A stretch of 64,000 nt of DNA from Auanema rhodensis. Taxonomy: Eukaryota; Animalia; Nematoda. The stretch lies in the NCBI GenBank assembly GCA_964057225.1, contig OZ059899.1, positions 4,092,001-4,156,000 on the forward strand, given 5' to 3'. Both the position numbers and the translations under genes were made by a program. This document shows, one piece after another, positions 13,201 through 28,200 of the stretch. The notes beneath the pieces were generated by a model, which saw only the letters and a list, made by a program, of their open reading frames with translations, made no database searches and was not told where the DNA came from. Each line of letters begins with the position of its first letter. The stretch's first letter is position 1.

Positions 13201-16200
13201 TTTTGTCAAAATGTTTTTGGAAGCAATGTTGAGTGTACATGGAAACTCAACATACACTAATGCATCATTTTTCAAACGATCATAACTAATTTTTGTATTA
13301 AGCGTTTCTCAATGTAGTATAGTGCATTCGATGCGGATTTTTAAGCTGCGTCGATCTGTGTTATCAGATTTGCGCTAGCTTAAAAATGCACCGAGATATC
13401 AACTGATATAAGTTCACACTTATATCCTCGATTTTCACCCTGAAGAATTAATTTTTTCGTTGAATAACATTGTCCATCGTCTTTGCCTTGAAAAAAGGAA
13501 TCTAAAAACATCTACTTTTTGCTAAATTATTTTGAAATTTTTCGAAAAAATTTTTGTCAAAATGTTTTTGGAAGCAATGTTGAGTGTACATGGAAACTCA
13601 ACATACACTAATGCATCATTTTTCAAACGATCATAACTAATTTTTGTATTAAGCGTTTCTCAATGTAGTATAGTGCATTCGATGCGGATTTTTAAGCTGC
13701 GTCGATCTGTGTTATCAGATTTGCGCTAGCTTAAAAATGCACCGAGATATCAACTGATATAAGTTCACACTTATATCCTCGATTTTCACCCTGAAGAATT
13801 AATTTTTTCGTTGAATAACATTGTCCATCGTCTTTGCCTTGAAAAAAGGAATCTAAAAACATCTACTTTTTGCTAAATTATTTTGAAATTTTTCGAAAAA
13901 ATTTTTGTCAAAATGTTTTTGGAAGCAATGTTGAGTGTACATGGAAACTCAACATACACTAATGCATCATTTTTCAAACGATCATAACTAATTTTTGTAT
14001 TAAGCGTTTCTCAATGTAGTATAGTGCATTCGATGCGGATTTTTAAGCTGCGTCGATCTGTGTTATCAGATTTGCGCTAGCTTAAAAATGCACCAAGATA
14101 TCAACTGATATAAGTTCACACTTATATCCTCGATTTTCACCCTGAAGAATTAATTTTTTCGTTGAATAACATTGTCCATCGTCTTTGCCTTGAAAAAAGG
14201 AATCTAAAAACATCTTCTTTTTGCTAAATTATTTTGAAATTTTTCGAAAAAATTTTTGTCAAAATGTTTTTGGAAGCAATGTTGAGTGTACATGGAAACT
14301 CAACATACACTAATGCATCATTTTTCAAACGATCATAACTAATTTTTGTATTAAGCGTTTCTCAATGTAGTATAGTGCATTCGATGCGGATTTTTAAGCT
14401 GCGTCGATCTGTGTTATCAGATTTGCGCTAGCTTAAAAATGCACCGAGATATCAACTGATATAAGTTCACACTTATATCCTCGATTTTCACCCTGAAGAA
14501 TTAATTTTTTCGTTGAATAACATTGTCCATCGTCTTTGCCTTGAAAAAAGGAATCTAAAAACATCTTCTTTTTGCTAAATTATTTTGAAATTTTTCGAAA
14601 AAATTTTTGTCAAAATGTTTTTGGAAGCAATGTTGAGTGTACATGGAAACTCAACATACCCTAATGCATCATTTTTCAAACGATCATAACTAATTTTTGT
14701 ATTAAGCGTTTCTCAATGTAGTATAGTGCATTCGATGCGAATTTTTAAGCTGCGTCGTTCTGTGTTATCAGATTTGCGCTAGCTTAAAAATGCACCGAGT
14801 TATCAACTGATATAAGTTCACACTTATATCCTCGATTTTCACCCTGAAGAATTAATTTTTTCGTTGAATAACATTGTCCATCGTCTTTGCCTTGAAAAAA
14901 GGAATCTAAAAACATCTACTTTTTGCTAAATTATTTTGAAATTTTTCGAAAAAATTTTTGTCAAAATGTTTTTGGAAGCAATGTTGAGTGTACATGGAAA
15001 CTCAACATACACTAATGCATCATTTTTCAAACGATCATAACTAATTTTTGTATTAAGCGTTTCTCAATGTAGTATAGTGCATTCGATGCGAATTTTTAAG
15101 CTGCGTCGATCTGTGTTATCAGATTTGCGCTAGCTTAAAAATGCACCGAGTTATCAACTGATATAAGTTCACACTTATATCCTCGATTTTCACCCTGAAG
15201 AATTAATTTTTTCGTTGAATAACATTGTCCATCGTCTTTGCCTTGAAAAAAGGAATCTAAAAACATCTACTTTTTGCTAAATTATTTTGAAATTTTTCGA
15301 AAAAATTTTTGTCAAAATGTTTTTGGAAGCAATGTTGAGTGTACATGGAAACTCAACATACACTAATGCATCATTTTTCAAACGATCATAACTAATTTTT
15401 GTATTAAGCGTTTCTCAATGTAGTATAGTGCATTCGATGCGGATTTTTAAGCTGCGTCGATCTGTGTTATCAGATTTGCGCTAGCTTAAAAATGCACCGA
15501 GATATCAACTGATATAAGTTTACACTTATATCCTCGATTTTCACCCTGAAGAATTAATTTTTTCGTTGAATAACATTGTCCATCGTCTTTGCCTTGAAAA
15601 AAGGAATCTAAAAACATCTACTTTTCGCTAAATTATTTTGAAATTTTTCGAAAAAATTTTTGTCAAAATGTTTTTGGAAGCAATGTTGAGTGTACATGGA
15701 AACTCAACATACCCTAATGCATCATTTTTCAAACGATCATAACTAATTTTTGTATTAAGCGTTTCTCAATGTAGTATAGTGCATTCGATGCGAATTTTTA
15801 AGCTGCGTCGTTCTGTGTTATCAGATTTGCGCTAGCTTAAAAATGCACCAAGATATCAACTGATATAAGTTCACACTTATATCCTCGATTTTCACCCTGA
15901 AGAATTAATTTTTTCGTTGAATAACATTGTCCATCGTCTTTGCCTTGAAAAAAGGAATCTAAAAACATCTACTTTTTGCTAAATTATTTTGAAATTTTTC
16001 GAAAAAATTTTTGTCAAAATGTTTTTGGAAGCAATGTTGAGTGTACATGGAAACTCAACATACACTAATGCATCATTTTTCAAACGATCATAACTAATTT
16101 TTGTATTAAGCGTTTCTCAATGTAGTATAGTGCATTCGATGCGAATTTTTAAGCTGCGTCGTTCTGTGTTATCAGATTTGCGCTAGCTTAAAAATGCACC

Positions 16201-19200
16201 AAGATATCAACTGATATAAGTTCACACTTATATCCTCGATTTTCACCCTGAAGAATTAATTTTTTCGTTGAATAACATTGTCCATCGTCTTTGCCTTGAA
16301 AAAAGGAATCTAAAAACATCTACTTTTTGCTAAATTATTTTGAAATTTTTCGAAAAAATTTTTGTCAAAATGTTTTTGGAAGCAATGTTGAGTGTACATG
16401 GAAACTCAACATACACTAATGCATCATTTTTCAAACGATCATAACTAATTTTTGTATTAAGCGTTTCTCAATGTAGTATAGTGCATTCGATGCGGATTTT
16501 TCAGCTGCGTCGATCTGTGTTATCAGATTTGCGCTAGCTTAAAAATGCACCAAGATATCAACTGATATAAGTTCACACTTATATCCTCGATTTTCACCCT
16601 GAAGAATTAATTTTTTTGTTGAATAACATTGTCCATCGTCTTTGCCTTGAAAAAAGGAATCTAAAAACATCTACTTTTTGCTAAATTATTTTGAAATTTC
16701 TCGAAAAAATTTTTGTCAAAATGTTTTTGGAAGCAATGTTGAGTGTACATGGAAACTCAACATACACTAATGCATCATTTTTCAAACGATCATAACTAAT
16801 TTTTGTATTAAGCGTTTCTCAATGTAGTATAGTGCATTCGATGCGGATTTTTAAGCTGCGTCGATCTGTGTTATCAGATTTGCGCTAGCTTAAAAATGCA
16901 CCGAGATATCAACTGATATAAGTTCACACTTATATCCTCGATTTTCACCCTGAAGAATTAATTTTTTCGTTGAATAACATTGTCCATCGTCTTTGCCTTG
17001 AAAAAAGGAATCTAAAAACATCTACTTTTTGCTAAATTATTTTGAAATTTTTCGAAAAAATTTTTGTCAAAATGTTTTTGGAAGCAATGTTGAGTGTACA
17101 TGGAAACTCAACATACACTAATGCATCATTTTTCAAACGATCATAACTAATTTTTGTATTAAGCGTTTCTCAATGTAGTATAGTGCATTCGATGCGGATT
17201 TTTAAGCTGCGTCGATCTGTGTTATCAGATTTGCGCTAGCTTAAAAATGCACCAAGATATCAACTGATATAAGTTCACACTTATATCCTCGATTTTCACC
17301 CTGAAGAATTAATTTTTTCGTTGAATAACATTGTCCATCGTCTTTGCTTTGAAAAAAGGAATCTAAAAACATCTACTTTTTGCTAAATTATTTTGAAATT
17401 TTTCGAAAAAATTTTTGTCAAAATGTTTTTGGAAGCAATGTTGAGTGTACATGGAAACTCAACATACACTAATGCATCATTTTTCAAACGATCATAACTA
17501 ATTTTTGTATTAAGCGTTTCTCAATGTAGTATAGTGCATTCGATGCGGATTTTTAAGCTGCGTCGATCTGTGTTATCAGATTTGCGCTAGCTTAAAAATG
17601 CACCGAGATATCAACTGATATAAGTTTACACTTATATCCTCGATTTTCACCCTGAAGAATTAATTTTTTCGTTGAATAACTTTGTCCATCGTCTTTGCCT
17701 TGAAAAAAGGAATCTAAAAACATCTACTTTTCGCTAAATTATTTTGAAATTTTTCGAAAAAATTTTTGTCAAAATGTTTTTGGAAGCAATGTTGAGTGTA
17801 CATGGAAACTCAACATACACTAATGCATCATTTTTCAAACGATCATAACTAATTTTTGTATTAAGCGTTTCTCAATGTAGTATAGTGCATTCGATGCGAA
17901 TTTTTAAGCTGCGTCGTTCTGTGTTATCAGATTTGCGCTAGCTTAAAAATGCACCGAGATATCAACTGATATAAGTTTACACTTATATCCTCGATTTTCA
18001 CCCTGAAGAATTAATTTTTTCGTTGAATAACTTTGTCCATCGTCTTTGCCTTGAAAAAAGGAATCTAAAAACATCTACTTTTCGCTAAATTATTTTGAAA
18101 TTTTTCGAAAAAATTTTTGTCAAAATGTTTTTGGAAGCAATGTTGAGTGTACATGGAAACTCAACATACACTAATGCATCATTTTTCAAACGATCATAAC
18201 TAATTTTTGTATTAAGCGTTTCTCAATGTAGTATAGTGCATTCGATGCGAATTTTTAAGCTGCGTCGTTCTGTGTTATCAGATTTGCGCTAGCTTAAAAA
18301 TGCACCGAGATATCAACTGATATAAGTTCACACTTATATCCTCGATTTTCACCCTGAAGAATTAATTTTTTCGTTGAATAACATTGTCCATCGTCTTTGC
18401 CTTGAAAAAAGGAATCTAAAAACATCTACTTTTTGCTAAATTATTTTGAAATTTTTCGAAAAAATGTTTGTCAAAATGTTTTTGGAAGCAATGTTGAGTG
18501 TACATGGAAACTCAACATACACTAATGCATCATTTTTCAAACGATCATAACTAATTTTTGTATTAAGCATTTCTCAATGTAGTATAGTGCATTCGATGCG
18601 GATTTTTAAGCTGCGTCGATCTGTGTTATCAGATTTGCGCTAGCTTAAAAATGCACCAAGATATCAACTGATATAAGTTCACACTTATATCCTCGATTTT
18701 CACCCTGAAGAATTAATTTTTTCGTTGAATAACATTGTCCATCGTCTTTGCCTTGAAAAAAGGAATCTAAAAACATCTACTTTTTGCTAAATTATTTTGA
18801 AATTTCTCGAAAAAATTTTTGTCAAAATGTTTTTGGAAGCAATGTTGAGTGTACATGGAAACTCAACATACACTAATGCATCATTTTTCAAACGATCATA
18901 ACTAATTTTTGTATTAAGCATTTCTCAATGTAGTATAGTGCATTCGATGCGGATTTTTAAGCTGCGTCGATCTGTGTTATCAGATTTGCGCTAGCTTAAA
19001 AAAGCACCAAGATATCAACTGATATAAGTTCACACTTATATCCTCGATTTTCACCCTGAAGAATTAATTTTTTCGTTGAATAACATTGTCCATCGTCTTT
19101 GCCTTGAAAAAAGGAATCTAAAAACATCTACTTTTTGCTAAATTATTTTGAAATTTCTCGAAAAAATTTTTGTCAAAATGTTTTTGGAAGCAATGTTGAG

Positions 19201-22200
19201 TGTACATGGAAACTCAACATACACTAATGCATCATTTTTCAAACGATCATAACTAATTTTTGTATTAAGCATTTCTCAATGTAGTATAGTGCATTCGATG
19301 CGGATTTTTAAGCTGCGTCGATCTGTGTTATCAGATTTGCGCTAGCTTAAAAAAGCACCAAGATATCAACTGATATAAGTTCACACTTATATCCTCGATT
19401 TTCACCCTGAAGAATTAATTTTTTCGTTGAATAACATTGTCCATCGTCTTTGCCTTGAAAAAAGGAATCTAAAAACATCTACTTTTTGCTAAATTATTTT
19501 GAAATTTCTCGAAAAAATTTTTGTCAAAATGTTTTTGGAAGCAATGTTGAGTGTACATGGAAACTCAACATACACTAATGCATCATTTTTCAAACGATCA
19601 TAACTAATTTTTGTATTAAGCGTTTCTCAATGTAGTATAGTGCATTCGATGCGGATTTTGAAGCTGCGTCGATCTGTGTTATCAGATTTGCGCTAGCTTA
19701 AAAATGCACCGAGATATCAACTGATATAAGTTCACACTTATATCCTCGATTTTCACCCTGAAGAATTAATTTTTTCGTTGAATAACATTGTCCATCGTCT
19801 TTGCCTTGAAAAATGGAATCTAAAAACATCTACTTTTTGCTAAATTATTTCGAAATTTTTCGAAAAAATTTTTGTCAAAATGTTTTTGGAAGCAATGTTG
19901 AGTGTACATGGAAACTCAACATACACTAATGCATCATTTTTCAAACGATCATAACTAATTTTTGTATTAAGCGTTTCTCAATGTAGTATAGTGCATTCGA
20001 TGCGGATTTTTAAGCTGCGTCGATCTGTGTTATCAGATTTGCGCTAGCTTAAAAATGCACCGAGATATCAACTGATATAAGTTTACACTTATATCCTCGA
20101 TTTTCACCCTGAAGAATTAATTTTTTCGTTGAATAACTTTGTCCATCGTCTTTGCCTTGAAAAAAGGAATCTAAAAACATCTACTTTTCGCTAAATTATT
20201 TTGAAATTTTTCGAAAAAATTTTTGTCAAAATGTTTTTGGAAGCAATGTTGAGTGTACATGGAAACTCAACATACACTAATGCATCATTTTTCAAACGAT
20301 CATAACTAATTTTTGTATTAAGCGTTTCTCAATTTAGTATAGTGCATTCGATGCGAATTTTTAAGCTGCGTCGTTCTGTGTTATCAGATTTGCGCTAGCT
20401 TAAAAATGCACCGAGATATCAACTGATATAAGTTCACACATATATCCTCGATTTTCACCCTGAAGAATTAATTTTTTCGTTGAATAACATTGTCCATCGT
20501 CTTTGCCTTGAAAAAAGGAATCTAAAAACATCTACTTTTTGCTAAATTATTTTGAAATTTTTCGAAAAAATTTTTGTCAAAATGTTTTTGGAAGCAATGT
20601 TGAGTGTACATGGAAACTCAACATACACTAATGCATCATTTTTCAAACGATCATAACTAATTTTTGTATTAAGCATTTCTCAATGTAGTATAGTGCATTC
20701 GATGCGGATTTTTAAGCTGCGTCGATCTGTGTTATCAGATTTGCGCTAGCTTAAAAAAGCACCAAGATATCAACTGATATAAGTTCACACTTATATCCTC
20801 GATTTTCACCCTGAAGAATTAATTTTTTCGTTGAATAACTTTGTCCATCGTCTTTGCCTTGAAAAAAGGAATCTAAAAACATCTACTTTTCGCTAAATTA
20901 TTTTGAAATTTTTCGAAAAAATTTTTGTCAAAATGTTTTTGGAAGCAATGTTGAGTGTACATGGAAACTCAACATACACTAATGCATCATTTTTCAAACG
21001 ATCATAACTAATTTTTGTATTAAGCGTTTCTCAATGTAGTATAGTGCATTCGATGCGGATTTTTAAGCTGCGTCGATCTGTGTTATCAGATTTGCGCTAG
21101 CTTAAAAATGCACCGAGATATCAACTGATATAAGTTCACACTTATATCCTCGATTTTCACCCTGAAGAATTAATTTTTTCGTTGAATAACATTGTCCATC
21201 GTCTTTGCCTTGAAAAAATGAATCTAAAAACATCTACTTTTTGCTAAATTATTTTGAAATTTCTCGAAAAAATTTTTGTCAAAATGTTTTTGGAAGCAAT
21301 GTTGAGTGTACATGGAAACTCAACATACACTAATGCATCATTTTTCAAACGATCATAACTAATTTTTGTATTAAGCATTTCTCAATGTAGTATAGTGCAT
21401 TCGATGCGGATTTTTAAGCTGCGTCGATCTGTGTTATCAGATTTGCGCTAGCTTAAAAATGCACCAAGATATCAACTGATATAAGTTCACACTTATATCC
21501 TCGATTTTCACCCTGAAGAATTAATTTTTTCGTTGAATAACATTGTCCATCGTCTTTGCCTTGAAAAAAGGAATCTAAAAACATCTACTTTTTGCTAAAT
21601 TATTTTGAAATTTCTCGAAAAAATTTTTGTCAAAATGTTTTTGGAAGCAATGTTGAGTGTACATGGAAACTCAACATACACTAATGCATCATTTTTCAAA
21701 CGATCATAACTAATTTTTGTATTAAGCATTTCTCAATGTAGTATAGTGCATTCGATGCGGATTTTTAAGTTGCGTCGATCTGTGTTATCAGATTTGCGCT
21801 AGCTTAAAAAAGCACCAAGATATCAACTGATATAAGTTCACACTTATATCCTCGATTTTCACCCTGAAGAATTAATTTTTTCGTTGAATAACATTGTCCA
21901 TCGTCTTTGCCTTGAAAAAAGGAATCTAAAAACATCTACTTTTTGCTAAATTATTTTGAAATTTCTCGAAAAAATTTTTGTCAAAATGTTTTTGGAAGCA
22001 ATGTTGAGTGTACATGGAAACTCAACATACACTAATGCATCATTTTTCAAACGATCATAACTAATTTTTGTATTAAGCGTTTCTCAATGTAGTATAGTGC
22101 ATTCGATGCGGATTTTGAAGCTGCGTCGATCTGTGTTATCAGATTTGCGCTAGCTTAAAAATGCACCGAGATATCAACTGATATAAGTTCACACTTATAT

Positions 22201-22464
22201 CCTCGATTTTCACCCTGAAGAATTAATTTTTTCGTTGAATAACATTGTCCATCGTCTTTGCCTTGAAAAATGGAATCTAAAAACATCTACTTTTTGCTAA
22301 ATTATTTCGAAATTTTTCGAAAAAATTTTTGTCAAAATGTTTTTGGAAGCAATGTTGAGTGTACATGGAAACTCAACATACACTAATGCATCATTTTTCA
22401 AACGATCATAACTAATTTTTGTATTAAGCGTTTCTCAATGTAGTATAGTGCATTCGATGCGAAT

Positions 22465-25272
22465 TTTTAAGCTGCGTCGTTCTGTGTTATCAGATTTGCG
22501 CTAGCTTAAAAATGCACCGAGATATCAACTGATATAAGTTTACACTTATATCCTCGATTTTCACCCTGAAGAATTAATTTTTTCGTTGAATAACTTTGTC
22601 CATCGTCTTTGCCTTGAAAAAAGGAATCTAAAAACATCTACTTTTTGCTAAATTATTTTGAAATTTTTCGAAAAAATTTTTGTCAAAATGTTTTTGGAAG
22701 CAATGTTGAGTGTACATGGAAACTCAACATACACTAATGCATCATTTTTCAAACGATCATAACTAATTTTTGTATTAAGCGTTTCTCAATGTAGTATAGT
22801 GCATTCGATGCGGATTTTTAAGCTGCGTCGATCTGTGTTATCAGATTTGCGCTAGCTTAAAAATGCACCGAGATATCAACTGATATAAGTTTACACTTAT
22901 ATCCTCGATTTTCACCCTGAAGAATTAATTTTTTCGTTGAATAACTTTGTCCATCGTCTTTGCCTTGAAAAAAGGAATCTAAAAACATCTACTTTTCGCT
23001 AAATTATTTTGAAATTTTTCGAAAAAATTTTTGTCAAAATGTTTTTGGAAGCAATGTTGAGTGTACATGGAAACTCAACATACACTAATGCATCATTTTT
23101 CAAACGATCATAACTAATTTTTGTATTAAGCGTTTCTCAATGTAGTATAGTGCATTCGATGCGGATTTTTAAGCTGCGTCGATCTGTGTTATCAGATTTG
23201 CGCTAGCTTAAAAATGCACCAAGATATCAACTGATATAAGTTCACACTTATATCCTCGATTTTCACCCTGAAGAATTAATTTTTTCGTTGAATAACATTG
23301 TCCATCGTCTTTGCCTTGAAAAAAGGAATCTAAAAACATCTACTTTTTGCTAAATTATTTTGAAATTTTTCGAAAAAATTTTTGTCAAAATGTTTTTGGA
23401 AGCAATGTTGAGTGTACATGGAAACTCAACATACACTAATGCATCATTTTTCAAACGATCATAACTAATTTTTGTATTAAGCGTTTCTCAATGTAGTATA
23501 GTGCATTCGATGCGGATTTTTAAGCTGCGTCGATCTGTGTTATCAGATTTGCGCTAGCTTAAAAATGCACCAAGATATCAACTGATATAAGTTCACACTT
23601 ATATCCTCGATTTTCACCCTGAAGAATTAATTTTTTCGTTGAATAACATTGTCCATCGTCTTTGCCTTGAAAAAAGGAATCTAAAAACATCTACTTTTTG
23701 CTAAATTATTTTGAAATTTTTCGAAAAAATTTTTGTCAAAATGTTTTTGGAAGCAATGTTGAGTGTACATGGAAACTCAACATACACTAATGCATCATTT
23801 TTCAAACGATCATAACTAATTTTTGTATTAAGCGTTTCTCAATGTAGTATAGTGCATTCGATGCGGATTTTTAAGCTGCGTCGATCTGTGTTATCAGATT
23901 TGCGCTAGCTTAAAAATGCACCGAGATATCAACTGATATAAGTTTACACTTATATCCTCGATTTTCACCCTGAAGAATTAATTTTTTCGTTGAATAACTT
24001 TGTCCATCGTCTTTGCCTTGAAAAAAGGAATCTAAAAACATCTACTTTTTGCTAAATTATTTTGAAATTTTTCGAAAAAATTTTTGTCAAAATGTTTTTG
24101 GAAGCAATGTTGAGTGTACATGGAAACTCAACATACACTAATGCATCATTTTTCAAACGATCATAACTAATTTTTGTATTAAGCGTTTCTCAATGTAGTA
24201 TAGTGCATTCGATGCGGATTTTTAAGCTGCGTCGATCTGTGTTATCAGATTTGCGCTAGCTTAAAAATGCACCGAGATATCAACTGATATAAGTTTACAC
24301 TTATATCCTCGATTTTCACCCTGAAGAATTAATTTTTTCGTTGAATAACTTTGTCCATCGTCTTTGCCTTGAAAAAAGGAATCTAAAAACATCTACTTTT
24401 CGCTAAATTATTTTGAAATTTTTCGAAAAAATTTTTGTCAAAATGTTTTTGGAAGCAATGTTGAGTGTACATGGAAACTCAACATACACTAATGCATCAT
24501 TTTTCAAACGATCATAACTAATTTTTGTATTAAGCGTTTCTCAATGTAGTATAGTGCATTCGATGCGGATTTTTAAGCTGCGTCGATCTGTGTTATCAGA
24601 TTTGCGCTAGCTTAAAAATGCACCAAGATATCAACTGATATAAGTTCACACTTATATCCTCGATTTTCACCCTGAAGAATTAATTTTTTCGTTGAATAAC
24701 ATTGTCCATCGTCTTTGCCTTGAAAAAAGGAATCTAAAAACATCTACTTTTTGCTAAATTATTTTGAAATTTTTCGAAAAAATTTTTGTCAAAATGTTTT
24801 TGGAAGCAATGTTGAGTGTACATGGAAACTCAACATACACTAATGCATCATTTTTCAAACGATCATAACTAATTTTTGTATTAAGCGTTTCTCAATGTAG
24901 TATAGTGCATTCGATGCGGATTTTTAAGCTGCGTCGATCTGTGTTATCAGATTTGCGCTAGCTTAAAAATGCACCAAGATATCAACTGATATAAGTTCAC
25001 ACTTATATCCTCGATTTTCACCCTGAAGAATTAATTTTTTCGTTGAATAACATTGTCCATCGTCTTTGCCTTGAAAAAAGGAATCTAAAAACATCTACTT
25101 TTTGCTAAATTATTTTGAAATTTTTCGAAAAAATTTTTGTCAAAATGTTTTTGGAAGCAATGTTGAGTGTACATGGAAACTCAACATACACTAATGCATC
25201 ATTTTTCAAACGATCATAACTAATTTTTGTATTAAGCGTTTCTCAATGTAGTATAGTGCATTCGATGCGGAT
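22465..25272. repeat. Local 4-monomer (1404-bp) tandem duplication, M65-M68 / M69-M72
   Basis: The series c77t+a131t; c77t+a131t+t182c; g55a; g55a occurs twice in succession. Confidence 0.8.
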
Positions 25273-28200
25273 TTTTAAGCTGCGTCGATCTGTGTTATCA
25301 GATTTGCGCTAGCTTAAAAATGCACCGAGATATCAACTGATATAAGTTTACACTTATATCCTCGATTTTCACCCTGAAGAATTAATTTTTTCGTTGAATA
25401 ACTTTGTCCATCGTCTTTGCCTTGAAAAAAGGAATCTAAAAACATCTACTTTTCGCTAAATTATTTTGAAATTTTTCGAAAAAATGTTTGTCAAAATGTT
25501 TTTGGAAGCAATGTTGAGTGTACATGGAAACTCAACATACACTAATGCATCATTTTTCAAACGATCATAACTAATTTTTGTATTAAGCATTTCTCAATGT
25601 AGTATAGTGCATTCGATGCGAATTTTTAAGCTGCGTCGTTCTGTGTTATCAGATTTGCGCTAGCTTAAAAATGCACCGAGATATCAACTGATATAAGTTC
25701 ACACTTATATCCTCGATTTTCACCCTGAAGAATTAATTTTTTCGTTGAATAACATTGTCCATCGTCTTTGCCTTGAAAAATGGAATCTAAAAACATCTAC
25801 TTTTTGCTAAATTATTTCGAAATTTTTCGAAAAAATTTTTGTCAAAATGTTTTTGGAAGCAATGTTGAGTGTACATGGAAACTCAACATACACTAATGCA
25901 TCATTTTTCAAACGATCATAACTAATTTTTGTATTAAGCGTTTCTCAATGTAGTATAGTGCATTCGATGCGAATTTTTAAGCTGCGTCGTTCTGTGTTAT
26001 CAGATTTGCGCTAGCTTAAAAATGCACCGAGATATCAACTGATATAAGTTTACACTTATATCCTCGATTTTCACCCTGAAGAATTAATTTTTTCGTTGAA
26101 TAACTTTGTCCATCGTCTTTGCCTTGAAAAAAGGAATCTAAAAACATCTACTTTTCGCTAAATTATTTTGAAATTTTTCGAAAAAATTTTTGTCAAAATG
26201 TTTTTGGAAGCAATGTTGAGTGTACATGGAAACTCAACATACACTAATGCATCATTTTTCAAACGATCATAACTAATTTTTGTATTAAGCGTTTCTCAAT
26301 GTAGTATAGTGCATTCGATGCGAATTTTTAAGCTGCGTCGTTCTGTGTTATCAGATTTGCGCTAGCTTAAAAATGCACCGAGATATCAACTGATATAAGT
26401 TCACACTTATATCCTCGATTTTCACCCTGAAGAATTAATTTTTTCGTTGAATAACATTGTCCATCGTCTTTGCCTTGAAAAAAGGAATCTAAAAACATCT
26501 ACTTTTTGCTAAATTATTTTGAAATTTTTCGAAAAAATTTTTGTCAAAATGTTTTTGGAAGCAATGTTGAGTGTACATGGAAACTCAACATACACTAATG
26601 CATCATTTTTCAAACGATCATAACTAATTTTTGTATTAAGCATTTCTCAATGTAGTATAGTGCATTCGATGCGGATTTTTAAGCTGCGTCGATCTGTGTT
26701 ATCAGATTTGCGCTAGCTTAAAAATGCACCAAGATATCAACTGATATAAGTTCACACTTATATCCTCGATTTTCACCCTGAAGAATTAATTTTTTCGTTG
26801 AATAACATTGTCCATCGTCTTTGCCTTGAAAAAAGGAATCTAAAAACATCTACTTTTTGCTAAATTATTTTGAAATTTTTCGAAAAAATTTTTGTCAAAA
26901 TGTTTTTGGAAGCAATGTTGAGTGTACATGGAAACTCAACATACACTAATGCATCATTTTTCAAACGATCATAACTAATTTTTGTATTAAGCGTTTCTCA
27001 ATGTAGTATAGTGCATTCGATGCGGATTTTTAAGCTGCGTCGATCTGTGTTATCAGATTTGCGCTAGCTTAAAAATGCACCGAGATATCAACTGATATAA
27101 GTTTACACTTATATCCTCGATTTTCACCCTGAAGAATTAATTTTTTCGTTGAATAACTTTGTCCATCGTCTTTGCCTTGAAAAAAGGAATCTAAAAACAT
27201 CTACTTTTCGCTAAATTATTTTGAAATTTTTCGAAAAAATTTTTGTCAAAATGTTTTTGGAAGCAATGTTGAGTGTACATGGAAACTCAACATACACTAA
27301 TGCATCATTTTTCAAACGATCATAACTAATTTTTGTATTAAGCGTTTCTCAATGTAGTATAGTGCATTCGATGCGAATTTTTAAGCTGCGTCGTTCTGTG
27401 TTATCAGATTTGCGCTAGCTTAAAAATGCACCGAGATATCAACTGATATAAGTTCACACTTATATCCTCGATTTTCACCCTGAAGAATTAATTTTTTCGT
27501 TGAATAACATTGTCCATCGTCTTTGCCTTGAAAAATGGAATCTAAAAACATCTACTTTTTGCTAAATTATTTCGAAATTTTTCGAAAAAATTTTTGTCAA
27601 AATGTTTTTGGAAGCAATGTTGAGTGTACATGGAAACTCAACATACACTAATGCATCATTTTTCAAACGATCATAACTAATTTTTGTATTAAGCGTTTCT
27701 CAATGTAGTATAGTGCATTCGATGCGAATTTTTAAGCTGCGTCGTTCTGTGTTATCAGATTTGCGCTAGCTTAAAAATGCACCGAGATATCAACTGATAT
27801 AAGTTTACACTTATATCCTCGATTTTCACCCTGAAGAATTAATTTTTTCGTTGAATAACTTTGTCCATCGTCTTTGCCTTGAAAAAAGGAATCTAAAAAC
27901 ATCTACTTTTCGCTAAATTATTTTGAAATTTTTCGAAAAAATTTTTGTCAAAATGTTTTTGGAAGCAATGTTGAGTGTACATGGAAACTCAACATACACT
28001 AATGCATCATTTTTCAAACGATCATAACTAATTTTTGTATTAAGCGTTTCTCAATGTAGTATAGTGCATTCGATGCGAATTTTTAAGCTGCGTCGTTCTG
28101 TGTTATCAGATTTGCGCTAGCTTAAAAATGCACCGAGATATCAACTGATATAAGTTCACACTTATATCCTCGATTTTCACCCTGAAGAATTAATTTTTTC

